DNA of 64,000 nucleotides from Octopus sinensis. Its lineage: Eukaryota. The notes under the pieces are model-generated. The model was not told the DNA's origin, did no database searches, and saw only the letters and a program-made list of their open reading frames with translations. Positions 13,861 through 26,678 of the stretch are shown here, piece after piece. The position numbers and the translations under genes were made by a program. Position 1 is the first letter of the stretch; the number at the start of each line of letters is the position of its first letter. Location: positions 55,676,001 to 55,740,000 of the forward strand of contig NC_043009.1 of the NCBI RefSeq assembly GCF_006345805.1, given 5' to 3'.

Positions 13861-14321
13861 CTATAAACGGCACAAGAATATTCAGTGATTCACTTATTCA
13901 CTCATCCATGTCTTGTAATTCCATTACAACATTTTTTGTTATTTTATATAAATCATAAAAATAAAAATGTGTTTAGTTAATCTGAATAAAAAGAGCTGTG
14001 CATTTATAATAATGGCTTCTACTTTAGGCACCAGGCCAGCTGTTCTGTGGGGAGAGGTAAGAGATTGACATTGATCCCAGTACTTTTTCTATTGGTCTCT
14101 TTTGCCTAACTGCTAAGTTACAGGGATGTAAACACACCAATATCAATCATATTTTTTTTACGGTAAACAGTGTTGATTCTACAATTCTGTAAATAACAAT
14201 ATTTTATGAGCTTAAAGCTTATAAGTGATTACTGTGCATTGACTAAGGTAAATAGTCTAATACTGGGGCATATAAGCCCTTGACAGAAAACAAAAGAAAA
14301 AGTAGAGAATAAAAATAAAAA

Positions 14322-14403
<82 letters not shown>

Positions 14404-14419
14404 AAGAGAGAGTGTGTAT

Positions 14420-14757
14420 GTTCGTTACCTGCGTCACCTTACTGGTGGCATGTGAAAAAACATTTGGGCGAGGTCATTGCCAGTGTCGCTGACTGGCTCC
14501 TGTGCAGATGGCACATGAAAAGCACTATTTGAGCATGGCTGTTGCCAGTACCACCTGACTGACCCTCGTGCCGGTGGCACATAAAAGCACCTGCTATGCT
14601 CTTGGAGTGGTTGGCCTTAGAAACGGCATCCAGCTGTAGAAACTCTGCCAGATCAGATTGGAGTCTGGTGCAGGCATCTGGTTCACCAGACCTCAATCAA
14701 ATCGTCCAACCCATGCTAGCATGGAAAGCGGACGTTAAATGATGATGATGATGATGA
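14420..14757 (+). mobile_element. Retroposon family E copy
   Basis: Same modules and (GAT)n tail. Confidence 0.8.
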
Positions 14758-14835
14758 TATATACTGTTCTGTGATAGAAAATTCAACAAAAAGAAATACT
14801 TCATCTGGTGAGAGTTAAATATTTATTTAAAGGGC

Positions 14836-14879
<44 letters not shown>

Positions 14880-15339
14880 ATATATATAATAGGCTTCTTT
14901 CAGTTTCTGTCTATCAAATCCTCTCATAAGGCTATAGTAGATGTTTGCCCAAAGTGCCACACAGTGGGACTGAACACCAACCATGTGGTTGGGAGGCAAA
15001 CTCTTTACCTCACAACCACACCTGAACCAATATATATATATATACTATTTTATTAAAGCCAAAAGGAAAAGAAAATTCACAAACTGTTACTCAGAGTTTC
15101 ACAGAGTGCTCTGTACTATCACAACTGTCTCATGGATGGTCACACAAAACTGAGAAATAGTTTGTGAAGTATCTTTTGGTTTTAATATAATCTTGCTTTA
15201 CCTGTAGTCACTGATTAATATTTTTTTCACCTTGTTTTACACCTATGTGCTTATTTGTGTGTGTGTGTGTGTTTTGAGTATGTATTATTTGTCCAACCCA
15301 TACTGGCATGGAGAATGGTAGTTAAATGATGATGATATA

Positions 15340-15872
15340 TCTCTTATTATAAAAGGCAGATTTTATCTGCCTCCCTTTGTAACTTATAGAAATCTATAAT
15401 ATAGGATTTCTTCAATTACAATTTACCTAGCATTTTTAAGAGTAGAATGCATCGGGTCATGCCAGGTCCAGTTTTTAAAATTTAAACTCCAATTAAGCAA
15501 AATTTACAGAAAACTCACATTCTGGTGTGTATGTCAAATGCTTTTCTTAATGTGGTTACACCACACGCACACACACAGTGTGCAACGAATAAAATGAAAG
15601 TAAATAGCGACAGAGTGATTTGAGGAAGACTAAACTGAAAGTATTTAAACCACTACTCAAAAAATAAAAAAACACAGCAAACAGAAACAAATAAATACAT
15701 AACGATTTACTCCTCACACAATTTCTTCAATTAGAGTTTACCTAAGATTTTTCAAAGTACTCCATTCGGTCATGCCATAATATATTTCTTTCAATTTCAC
15801 CCCCAATTAAGACAAAATTCGAGAAAACTCAATATTTTAACATTTCACTCCGAAAGCATTGATGTACATGTG

Positions 15873-15928
<56 letters not shown>

Positions 15929-16161
15929 TGTGTGTTTGATGGGTTGTGCGACACAGAAAGTGTGGTGTGTAAGTGAAGTGCTTTTGTTAGTGTGTGTAAA
16001 GAGACAGAGTGAAAGACAGAAATAACTGAACTTTTTTTATTCACTTTTTGTAGTGAGTGACTGAGAGAGAAAAGAGAGAGAGAGGTTATGTATGTATATA
16101 TGTATGTATGGCTTCAGTGACACGCACACACAAAAACACATACCTACGTACACCTAAAGCA

Positions 16162-16203
<42 letters not shown>

Positions 16204-17043
16204 CGGAGCGCGAACTTAAAAATTTTGGTAGTATTAATTTGCGAGCGTACTTCTAAGCGCGCGTAATTGAAAGTTTTCACTATGATATCATCACATGCGA
16301 AAAAATTCGAAGGGTTTTGAACAATTGAGATACACATGTCACGCCTGTATTGAAACCATTGCTAAGCTGCCGTACTTGCTTAATTAAGACTTTGTTTAAA
16401 TTGAAAGGGGCAAATATGTGACGAGGTTGAAAAAAAATACCCCAGAAAAAAAAATGTACTGCTGGTATTTATATAATTCACTACTATTTTGCTACAATGT
16501 CATGAAAAAGAAAAAAATTAGGTATGTAAATCGAATTCGCCACCCCCTTTTCCCCGTTCGCGTTTGTGTAAAAAAAATTATTATTTAAGTTTTTAAAATT
16601 ATTTACTTTGTTCAAAAAATATTAATATTAATTAATTTTCAAGAATTATTTAATTTTATTCTGTAAAATAGTAATTAATTCATTTATCTGTAAATCCGCG
16701 AGGTTGTTACTCAGGCACCTAGAATGGTAACCTTCAACTAACACTATCTCCTCCGAGACCCTGCGGCGCAAGTTGACCAAAATTGAGAGTATGGTAGAAG
16801 AAGGGTTGCTCTTCCTTCCGTAGAACATAAAATTCAAATCGGACCATGTTAACACCAAAAATTATTTACATCAAAAAGATGCTTTTTTCTATGAAAATCC
16901 CTATTTTTTACGATTTTTTCACTGCTCTGTCGCCACTTTTCGGTGTATTTCGACCAGAAAAATGTTCACAAAATTTTTACTTTTCAAAATTACAATTCCA
17001 GCGGGTCGAAACAAACCCGAGCAACGCCGGGCAATACTGCTAG
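15340..17043 (+). mobile_element. Non-autonomous Helitron (about 1.7 kb)
   Basis: 5' A|TCTCTTATTATAAAAGG; 3' GC-rich subterminal CCCGAGCAACGCCGGG followed by CTAG|T. Inserted in an AT site with no TSD. Confidence 0.75.
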
Positions 17044-17156
17044 TATATATATACATACAAACGTTACAAAGTGGCTATAATCATATGGAAGTCATATGGA
17101 AAAATACATCCATATTCACCTTGCACACCTCCTGACTTTATGCTTTATATATATAT

Positions 17157-17451
17157 GGAGGCAGAATGGCCCAGTGGTCAGGGCAGCGGACTCGCGGTCG
17201 TAGGATCGCGGTTTCGATTCCCAGACCGGGTGTTGTGAGTGTTTATTGAGTGAAAACACATAAAAGCTCCACGACACTCTGGCAGGGGGTGGTGATCCCT
17301 GTTGTACTCTTTCACCACTCTTTCTCCCACTCTTTCTTCTGTTGGCCTGCTCGCTTAGCCAGCGGGGTGGCGTCATTCAAAGGCTAAAACAATGCAAATG
17401 CATTGTGACCAGCGATGTGTAACAACATCTGATGGTCTGGTCGGTCACGTG

Positions 17452-17452
<1 letters not shown>
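17157..17452 (+). mobile_element. SINE family C copy with alternative 3' tail
   Basis: Same head and body as the 55755 copy up to about CTTTCTTC, then a different tail (GGCCTGCTCGCTTAGCC...GGTCACGTGA). Confidence 0.8.
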
Positions 17453-17482
<30 letters not shown>

Positions 17483-17596
17483 ATATATATAGTTATAGAG
17501 TATTCTGTTAAGAATGTAGTAGAGTACAGTATAAAGCTTGTCCACCATCAGATTTTACCCTGTGCTAACCAGTAGTTGGTTTATACATACTTCCAG

Positions 17597-17730
17597 GTTT
17601 GCGTTTGGGCATCTGTCATATGTGAATAGATATTTGAAAAAAGTTGGAGGCAACAAGAAGGAATACGGTTGGACATTTATTTTCAATGACTACAATTGTT
17701 TCTATGCTGTGAAGTTATCTAGGCATGCAG
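17597..17730 (+). CDS. Candidate 134-nt internal exon (FAFGHLSYVNRYLKKVGGNKKEYGWTFIFNDYNCFYAVKLSRHA)
   Basis: Acceptor catacttccag and donor CAG|GTACTT. 44 uninterrupted non-repetitive codons in AT-rich DNA; the other two frames are closed. Product not recognised. Confidence 0.35.
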
Positions 17731-17884
17731 GTACTTGATTATTCAACAACCACTCCCTGCATTATGAGATCTAGTTGTTTTTTCTCAGGCAATATGTTAA
17801 TATCGTCTCCATAAGTTCAAATTATCAGCTTCAAGAGCATCCTTTCTATCTGTTGTGGCTTAAAGTTAGTAGTAGCCACTTCTC

Positions 17885-17933
<49 letters not shown>

Positions 17934-19342
17934 AAAATGTAAAGAAAATGGAGATTTACAATTGACATATTCTAATTTATTAGCATAACATTATATGACT
18001 ATTATAATATAATATAATTGTACAATTGTTTTGATTCAGACCCAAAAGCAAATTTATAAAAATTCATGTTTATGCATAAAAATCTCAGCGAAATATTTAT
18101 TATTGGGCCTGAATTGAAATAACTGCCGGATTATGATATTTATATTATATTATATTATATTATAAAAATAATATAATGTCAATAAATTAAAATATGTCAA
18201 TCGGAAATCTTCCATTTTTGTATATTGAATATATACCCATTTGAATTGTGGAAAAGTTTTTCCCTGCTGTATTGGGTATTAAACTGCCAAACCAATGAAA
18301 AATTGGATGTTTCCATTCCCTATAGAGGAAACTGTTTTCCTTGTATTGGATTTTAAGTTATGTGTGTGTGTGTGTACACAGTTGTTTTGAATACTGTCCT
18401 TAAGGAATTATTAATAATCTATTAAGCTAGATTTCACACAATTATATTGTTGAAGTAGTAGCCAACCAACTAATAAAGAAGCAACACACTGCTGTTCTGA
18501 GAACTGTAAACTTATTTTAATTTCCAGTGACCCAGTTCACTCTATTAGGTGATGCTATTAGGTTCGACATGGCCTTGAGTCATTACTGGCTGAAACATGG
18601 AGTGAATGGGAAGGGAGAGAAGGAAAGAGAGAAAAAGGAAGAAAGGGGATGGGATTGATGGATAGGCAGACAGATATAGGCATAAGTGTAGGCATGACTG
18701 CGTGGTTAAGATGCTCATTGTGTAACCAAGTGGTTTTGGGTCCTGTCCCACTGTGAGGTACTCACGGTAAGTATTCTACTATATCTTCTGAGCAAACCGA
18801 AGTCATATGAGTGAATTTGGTCGATAGAAACTATTGACAAGCATTGAACTTTAATTTACAGATCTATGAGTCAAACTATTAATGTGCGAAAGCATACGTG
18901 CACATGCACACACGCACATATATATATATAAAGTGTGTGCATGGTATATATCCTTTTGTTGGTTTGAGCAGTTAGACTGACTGGTCATTCAGGGTGTTGC
19001 TGCCTTTAAGAGTATAATCAATTCTATCGACTCTAGTACTTATTTTGTTGAACAGAGAAGGATCAAAGGAAGACATGTAACCAATGAGGAATTTGATAAT
19101 AGAAAATGAAAGGATGCTATCAAATCAATTTTGCCAGCCTCCTCTCATCGCTTTATATACATACACACATACATTAATACACAAATATATATATAGATTG
19201 ATATAAGAAAATAAACTGAAGATCTATATCTAAATCAATATGCGTGTGTATGTACATGTGTGTATGAGTGTGTGTATCACCACATTCTTTGATGCTAGCA
19301 CAATAAGATGCTCTATTTGTTGAAGTAACTTTTTTTGAATAG

Positions 19343-19384
19343 CTAAATACTCTCTGTACCTGCTGCTAATCACCAAACAATGCA
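19343..19384 (+). CDS. Candidate 42-nt exon (xKYSLYLLLITKQC)
   Basis: Acceptor aactttttttgaatag, donor GCA|GTAAGT; phase 1 to 1, compatible with the 17597 exon. Confidence 0.25.
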
Positions 19385-19644
19385 GTAAGTAAAGTTTGAA
19401 AGAGTAATCCTCGACATACAAAAAGACAGGAATCCACAACTGGAATGTCTTTAGGTCAAAGATAAATCAGTTTGGTGGCCAACAGAGGTAGTAGCTCTCT
19501 GAACTTTCTCCATCCTACTCGTATTATAGAAACAATACTTTCAGAGCATCCAACCCCATTGCTAATTTAGTCACCTAGGTAACAGAAACTATCTACTACC
19601 TCAAGAGAGCTTCCTGTGTGCTCCTAGTGTCTTACATAAATATT

Positions 19645-19815
19645 AATATTATTTAAGGTCAGGCTACTCTTGCAGAACAGTATAGCGACAATTATCTCTG
19701 CCTATGCCCTCCCAAGCAGGCCTACCAAATGAAAAAAAAGGACTACTTTTATGATATTCTTCTGCAGGCTGCCTCAAAGACAAGTGATAATGATCTCTTC
19801 TTAGTGGCAGATACT
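19645..19815 (+). pseudogene. RTE-clade LINE AP-endonuclease fragment
   Basis: ILFKVRLLLQNSIATIISAYA / SQAGLPNEKK / DYFYDILLQAASKTSDNDLFLVAD across two frameshifts, resembling the ISAYAP...EKDxFY...VAGDFN segment. Confidence 0.7.
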
Positions 19816-20398
19816 GGTGTCGTGCAAATGGCGCCCATGCCAGTGGCATGTAAAAGCACTCATTACACTCTTGGAATGGTTGGTATTAGGAAGGGCATCC
19901 AGCCATAGAAACCATGCCAAATCAGACTGGTGCAGCCTTTCAGTTTATCAGCCCTGCTCAAACCATCCAACCCATGCCAGCATGGACAATGTACGTTAAA
20001 TGATGATTGATAGAACAAACAAACCTCAAAACAAGAACATGTATGTATGTATAGCTTTATCATACAATAAACGTACTTCTAGTAAACATTTGTATTAGAA
20101 GTGTGTAGAATCTAGTGTTGTTGATTAACCCCCAAGTCAATTCTGATCAAACCACTAATTAAAGACATTCCAATTGTATCGCTTCTTTATCAAAGACTAT
20201 ATTATTCAATATATCTTTTTCAATTTAAGAAAGTAGGCTGCGGTGGTAGATGAGGGCAACTTGATTGCTATTCATTCCTAACAGGCTGACTAATACATAG
20301 AAGTTTTCTTCTTTAGACCATAGATCCTATTTTGCAAATTCTATTCTATATGCATGTGATAAGCAGGATGACAAAGTTTAATTCTACAGATTCCTTAC

Positions 20399-20442
20399 AA
20401 TCAGCTTGGCTTTTCTGACAGCAGCATGCTCAGTGAGTAAAG
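20399..20442 (-). CDS. Candidate 44-nt exon (xLLTEHAAVRKAKLI)
   Basis: Acceptor ctccatttgatcag, donor ATT|GTAAGG; phase 1 to 0. By eye only. Confidence 0.2.
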
Positions 20443-20887
20443 CTGATCAAATGGAGATGTATGGTATTAAATCATGGTTATTATACACCACCGGTTTCCA
20501 AAACCTTTCCACAAATAAGGACTTTAAACGAGTAAACTTGACCAAAGCATATAATTTCAAAAACAGCCACAGAGAAGTTTATACATCAAAAAAGTATGGG
20601 AAGACAAGTTATCTCGTTTTTGCCAAAAATAGTATCTTCAAAATGAAATACTGGAAATAGATAAAAGTTATTTCCATAATCAGCATTAAATATACTATAA
20701 AAAAAAAGCCATAAAAAAATTTGTCTGAAAATGAAATGTTTTCTCCAAAAAAAGTTGCCAGAGAAGGGGCTACAGGAATTTTACCATGGCACCAGGACTT
20801 TTGAAAGGTCTGCCTACACTGCATGTTTTGAACTCAATTCACAACCCTCTCCCATCCCAGTCAGGAACTGCTGCCAGATACATACTT

Positions 20888-20889
20888 AA

Positions 20890-20925
<36 letters not shown>

Positions 20926-21059
20926 ACATATACATTCATACATACTTGCATACATACATACACATGTATACATATATACACATACATACACACATATATA
21001 CACACATGTATACATTTATATACATACGTATACATATGCATATTTATAGATATGTATAC

Positions 21060-21099
<40 letters not shown>

Positions 21100-21114
21100 A
21101 CACACACACATGTA

Positions 21115-21161
<47 letters not shown>

Positions 21162-21212
21162 ATGTATATATATATACACCCTGTGTGGCATGTATACTTG
21201 TGTGTACATGTT

Positions 21213-21265
<53 letters not shown>
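20888..21265. repeat. Compound (TA)n/(CA)n/(TG)n microsatellite
   Basis: Direct inspection. Confidence 0.95.
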
Positions 21266-21778
21266 CCTGTATACCCAATTGAATCGATGAGGTGGGTGGC
21301 TATGTGAATTGCTTGAATTGGTTTAAATATCAGCCAAATTACCCTCAAGCCTCCACCCTATCCTCTTAGAAAAGAAGATATCAGATATTTACATAGACAC
21401 CATTGTAGTGGCTGGTATGAGGGTAGAGCATGAGGGGGTCATGGTAGGGGAGAGAGAAAGAGAGTAGTCCTAGTAAAAGGAAGACTCACTGGCTAATTAC
21501 AAAACAGGAGTGGGTGGTGAAGTGCAAGTGGGGAAAGGGTTAGTTTTGGGGGTGGGGTGGGTGGGGGTAAGAGAAAGAGTGATGGAAAGGGTAAAGAAAG
21601 AAAGGAAAAGCAGGAGGAAGAGGGGGAATGAACCAAGTTATTGGTCACACAACCAGGCCACTAGGTCAGCCACTCAATACACTACACCCTGCATCATCCT
21701 ATGTTGACAGTATAATATAATTCCTGGAAGTGTTTATTTATGTTCACTTCTCTTCTATTTTAGTTTCTGCAACCTTTG

Positions 21779-21813
<35 letters not shown>

Positions 21814-22064
21814 TAGATACAACATTACCAGCATGTTACTCCCCCCCCCCGACCTATAATCTCTGCACACACACATAATCAACACTATCAACACTCCTTC
21901 AAGACCACAACTATCTTACAAAATCCTACTACCCTGAACACATACATACAAATGCATGCACACAACCATGTCCACCCACATTTCCTAGTCAATAGATCGG
22001 TTAGAGAACACTGCTATTGTTCCATCTTCAGCCCTGGTATTATTTCATTAATATCTTTTCTTAG

Positions 22065-22092
22065 GGTTGGTTTACTAACAGGAGATCTGGAG
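22065..22092 (+). CDS. Candidate 28-nt microexon (GWFTNRRSG or VGLLTGDLE depending on phase)
   Basis: Acceptor atatcttttcttag and perfect donor GAG|GTAAGT; two frames open. Confidence 0.35.
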
Positions 22093-22302
22093 GTAAGTAG
22101 ACAGGAAGATCCATTGGGGGTGGTACTTGTACGTATACGTGTAGAGGTGAGACACGGTTATGTACATTGGTGTGAGTTAGAAATGTGTATGTGTGTGGGG
22201 CGGGGGCAGTAGGGTTTTGTAGATAGATGTAGGGTTGAAGGGGTGTTGATGGTGTTGGTTATGTGTGTGCTGGGATTATGTAGGCAGGAGTGGTGATGGT
22301 GG

Positions 22303-22533
22303 TAGTGAGCTGGCAGAAACGTTAGCACGGCGGGCGAAATGCATAGCCGTATTTCATCTGCAGTTACGTTCTGAGTTCAAATTCCACCAAGGTCGACTTT
22401 GCCTTTCATCCTTTCGGGGGTTGATAAATTAAGAACCAGTTACGCACTGGGGTCGATATAATCAACTTAATCTGTTGGTCTGTCCTTGTTTGTCCTCTCT
22501 GTGTTTGGCCCCTTGTGGGTAGTAAAGAAATAG
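22303..22533 (+). mobile_element. SINE family B copy
   Basis: Homologous to 55432-55668. Confidence 0.88.
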
Positions 22534-22550
22534 ATATGCTGGTAATGTTG

Positions 22551-22643
22551 CATGTGTGGCATGTATACATGTGTGGCATGTATACATGTGTGGCATGTAT
22601 ACATGTGTGGCATGTATACATGTGTGGCATGTATACATGTGTG
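22551..22643 (+). repeat. 17-bp minisatellite, about 5.5 copies (CATGTGTGGCATGTATA)
   Basis: Exact tandem units. Confidence 0.95.
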
Positions 22644-23319
22644 TATGTGTATGTATGTATGCGTTTGTGCATGTGTGTATGAAGATATGTGCATGGGAGG
22701 TGGGGCTATGTATGTGGTGGTAGCATAGTAGTGTCCTGCTGAAAGGGAGAAGGCATGTAGATAGTGGTGGTTCTGCTGGGACATGAAAGAAGGGTTATGG
22801 AAGTGGCAGTGTCCTCATCCTGGAGATAGGAGTTTTGACATTCCTAGAAATAATATCAAGCGACAACAAGGAATTCAGAGATTGGGGTACATTGGAAACT
22901 GGTGGGGGTGGTGATGGTAATAGTGGTGTATGTCAGAGTGGGAGTGTGGGGAAGGAGAGAAGGAGGAGAAAAGTAGTATTGTATTGCTGGAGGGAGGCCA
23001 GGGAGCATTTCATGCTTCACTTTACAATTTGAGCCACATCAAACGATATTAAGTAGAAATGAAGACCACTGTTCTGGAAGAGTTACCATCCTTAGGTTGC
23101 AAGGAGTAGAATGATTTCATTTTCTTTTCCTTTTGTTGAAATATGGAAGCTTCATTTAATAATCTGTGCTTTCAAACAAGTTCAACTTAGTCACTAGATA
23201 GTCATGGGTTCGATTCTATCACACAAAATCTTTGTTTAAGGTGTCTAATATTGCCATAGCCACAGATTGGCCAATATTGTGTCAGTGGAATTTAGTAGCT
23301 GGAAACTATGCAAAAGCCT

Positions 23320-23820
<501 letters not shown>

Positions 23821-25032
23821 CATGCATGCATGTTTTAGGCAGATTTCAGTCAAGGGATCATATAAATACATATACACAATTTCCTCTCCTCTCACACTAA
23901 TTACTCCATTCTCCTATACATGCACCAGAAATTAGTTACCACTATACTTAATTTAGTTGTACCTAATTTACCTTATTTAGCTCAAATGTTAAATCAACCA
24001 TTTCTGTCATCAAAAGTCAGTAAGATATTAAGTATTTGACTGAGTTTTTTTCTTAATTGATCTTCTTTTAGAAGTATAATTAATCAAGCATTTATTGGAT
24101 GGTGGTTTGGTAAGAATAGAATTGGCAGAATGGTTAGAGTGTCAGACGAAATATCTGCTGGTATATTATTTCAGCCCATTTCTTCCTGAGTTCAAATCCT
24201 GCCAACATCAACTTGGCTCTTCATCCTTTCAGATCCAACATAATAGTATATATAAAATACCAGTAAAATACTGGGGTTGTTGGTACAAACTAAACCCTGC
24301 TGTTGCTCTAAAATTTTCAGGCTGTGTACCCATCTATACAAAAAAAAACATCATCATCATCACCAAATTTAATACCATCATTGTCACAATCACCACTACC
24401 ACCACCATCACCATCTTTATTATGTAGAATAGAAAGTTTGTTGATGGTATTGTGGTTTAACCCTGAATCAACTGACCAAGCATATCTATGATCAAAGACA
24501 TAGTGAAGCCATCGCTATCCTGTTCTTTTTTTCTTTTTCAGTTAGTTGACTATACTTTCCAAGCTGTCCTCTTTAAGACCATAAGCTTCCCTACACAATT
24601 CTCACTAAGCTATGGATGTGTGCTTTTACACACATTTTGCAACCGTATACAAATGAAATTAATGTGTACACACAAGAAATTATTAATGTGTATACAAACA
24701 AGATTACAGTATGGAAAAGGTTAGCTGCTTGAAATAAGTCTAATTATCATTAGTACATTATTAAACATTCTTATTGCAGGGATTAATAATTATGCTTTTT
24801 ACACTAATTGTACAATATTGCACATAATATCACAAAGAAAAAAAAAAAAAATTGTTGCACATATTTACTGAGTAGAGGGGGCTATGTGATCGAAAAGCTT
24901 GCTTCAAAACCACATGGCTTCAGGTTCACTACTTCTCTATGACATCTTAGAGAAATGTCTTCTTCAGTTCTAAGTCAACCAAAGTCTAGACTGTGTATTT
25001 ATTTCCAAATACAAGATGGTCAATATAGTGAC

Positions 25033-25184
25033 TGTAACAACACACTCACCGGTAAAATTTCCACTTATTTCTTATTTTTATTTTCCTAAAATTTTCATTG
25101 CGTCTTAAGGTTGCAAGACGCAACGAAAATTTAGGAAAATAAAAATAAGAAATAAGTGGAAATTTTACCGGTGAGTGTGTTACA
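25033..25184. repeat. 150-bp hairpin element
   Basis: ACACTCACCGGTAAAATTTCCACTTATTTC...GCGTCTT-aaggttgc-AAGACGC...GAAATAAGTGGAAATTTTACCGGTGAGTGT. Confidence 0.93.
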
Positions 25185-25504
25185 TTATAAGGCACAAAAA
25201 GAAAATGACTCTCCCCAGACACAACAGAATATGCTTCAACACACGAACTCATATAAAGGATCTTGCAAACCAAATCCAAAAACGAAATAGTGACTGTACT
25301 TTTCCATAAAATACTAAAGGGCCAAAAAAATTGACTGTACATTTTCACAAAATGTTTGGTAAGTTGAGTGGGATCAATGAGACAAAATGATTGTACCTCA
25401 TTCAAAATGTACAGCTTGTGGGATGATATAATTAGATTCAAACAGCTTTCATGGAGGACTGAGGAAATAGACAGCACTCAAATCAAAGGGTAATTCACAG
25501 TATC

Positions 25505-26072
25505 CCTTTAGCATTTAAACTGGTCATATCCGGCCAAAATATTCTAGCTATTTTATGTTCAAACCAGCTAGATCTGGCCTCTCACACCTACCCTACAATG
25601 TCATTCTAAAAGCAAAGAATCACACATTCATCAAAATTTCAAAGCTATGAGATAATGCATGATTGAATAAATAAGCATTATTGGGACCCCCTTCGGTCAT
25701 GACTGACCGTGGGATTGCACCTAGAAAGTTTACCCTCCCAGGCACAAGTCCAGGCAAGGTTGTTTTATGGAAGACCAGCAGTCGCTCGCCCATGCATACC
25801 GGCCTGCCCTCTCCACGCCACCTGTGCTATCCAAGGGAAAGGCAAGAGCAGATACAGCTTGGCACCTGTGACTTCGCAACTCATTTCTACAGCTGAGTAA
25901 CTGGAGCAATGTGAGATAAAGTGTCTTACTCAAGAACACAACACGCAGCCTGGTCCGGGATTCGAACTCACAACCTCATGATCGTAAGCTCGATGCTCTA
26001 ACCACTGAGCCATGCGCCTTCACAATAAGCATTATATTTGACAGAATAATCTGAATACTAAAAGGGTACACA
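25505..26072. mobile_element. TTAA/piggyBac-like MITE interrupted by a SINE
   Basis: CCCTTTAGCATTTAAACTGG ... GAATACTAAAAGGG; same family as 63372-63573. The SINE insertion is flanked by TSD AATAAGCATTA. Confidence 0.7.
25681..26023 (-). mobile_element. tRNA-derived SINE with 11-bp TSD
   Basis: Minus strand starts GAAGGCGCATGGCTCAGTGG (A box) ... GAGTTCGAATCC (B box). TSD AATAAGCATTA at 25670-25680 and 26024-26034. Confidence 0.85.
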
Positions 26073-26638
26073 TTACTTTGCCTCAATGTATATGTAGCTG
26101 TCTATGAATGTTGGAAATAGTCAATATTAGTTTTGTCAAAACTTGTTAAGGATATCGAGTTGCAGACTATTCTGGAGGAAATGGTAACTTTTAGTATCCA
26201 ATACAGTTTTCAGAGACAGCAAATGGGATAGAAAACAAAATAAAAGGGTTAAAAATAAACCCAACAAAAAGGAAGAAGAATGGCAACAGTTCTGCAACTG
26301 TTAACAATATGAATAAAGTGAGTAAATTGGAATCACCAAAATAGATGATTTGACTGTGAAAGCAATATAATAAGACTGGCCAATATTAATAAGAGTAGCC
26401 GTCGCAGTAATCTACTAGTTACTAAATACAGACTAACAGAAACATTAAAACATGATACAAATGGATAGGTGAGAACAAAGGTATGTTAAACTAGACGCAA
26501 TTTGAGCAATCAATGAAGCAGGTCTTCCTGTACACACATGCACAAATAACGCAAACAAACCATGCCATACCATTTCATATACCACACAACACCATATTGT
26601 AACACATTTAACTCCAAATATGTCTATGTGTGTATGTA

Positions 26639-26678
<40 letters not shown>

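Noticed and set aside
17591-17612. Minus-strand mini-exon MPKRKPG with GTATGT donor
   Set aside because: Weak acceptor, no in-frame continuation found, and it overlaps the better plus-strand candidate.
20406-20660. 84-aa non-repetitive plus-strand ORF
   Set aside because: Non-ATG start, no recognisable motif, and it overlaps competing exon candidates on both strands. Within chance expectation.
25046-25477. 143-aa minus-strand ORF
   Set aside because: Runs into the palindromic element; no motif or convincing splice boundaries.
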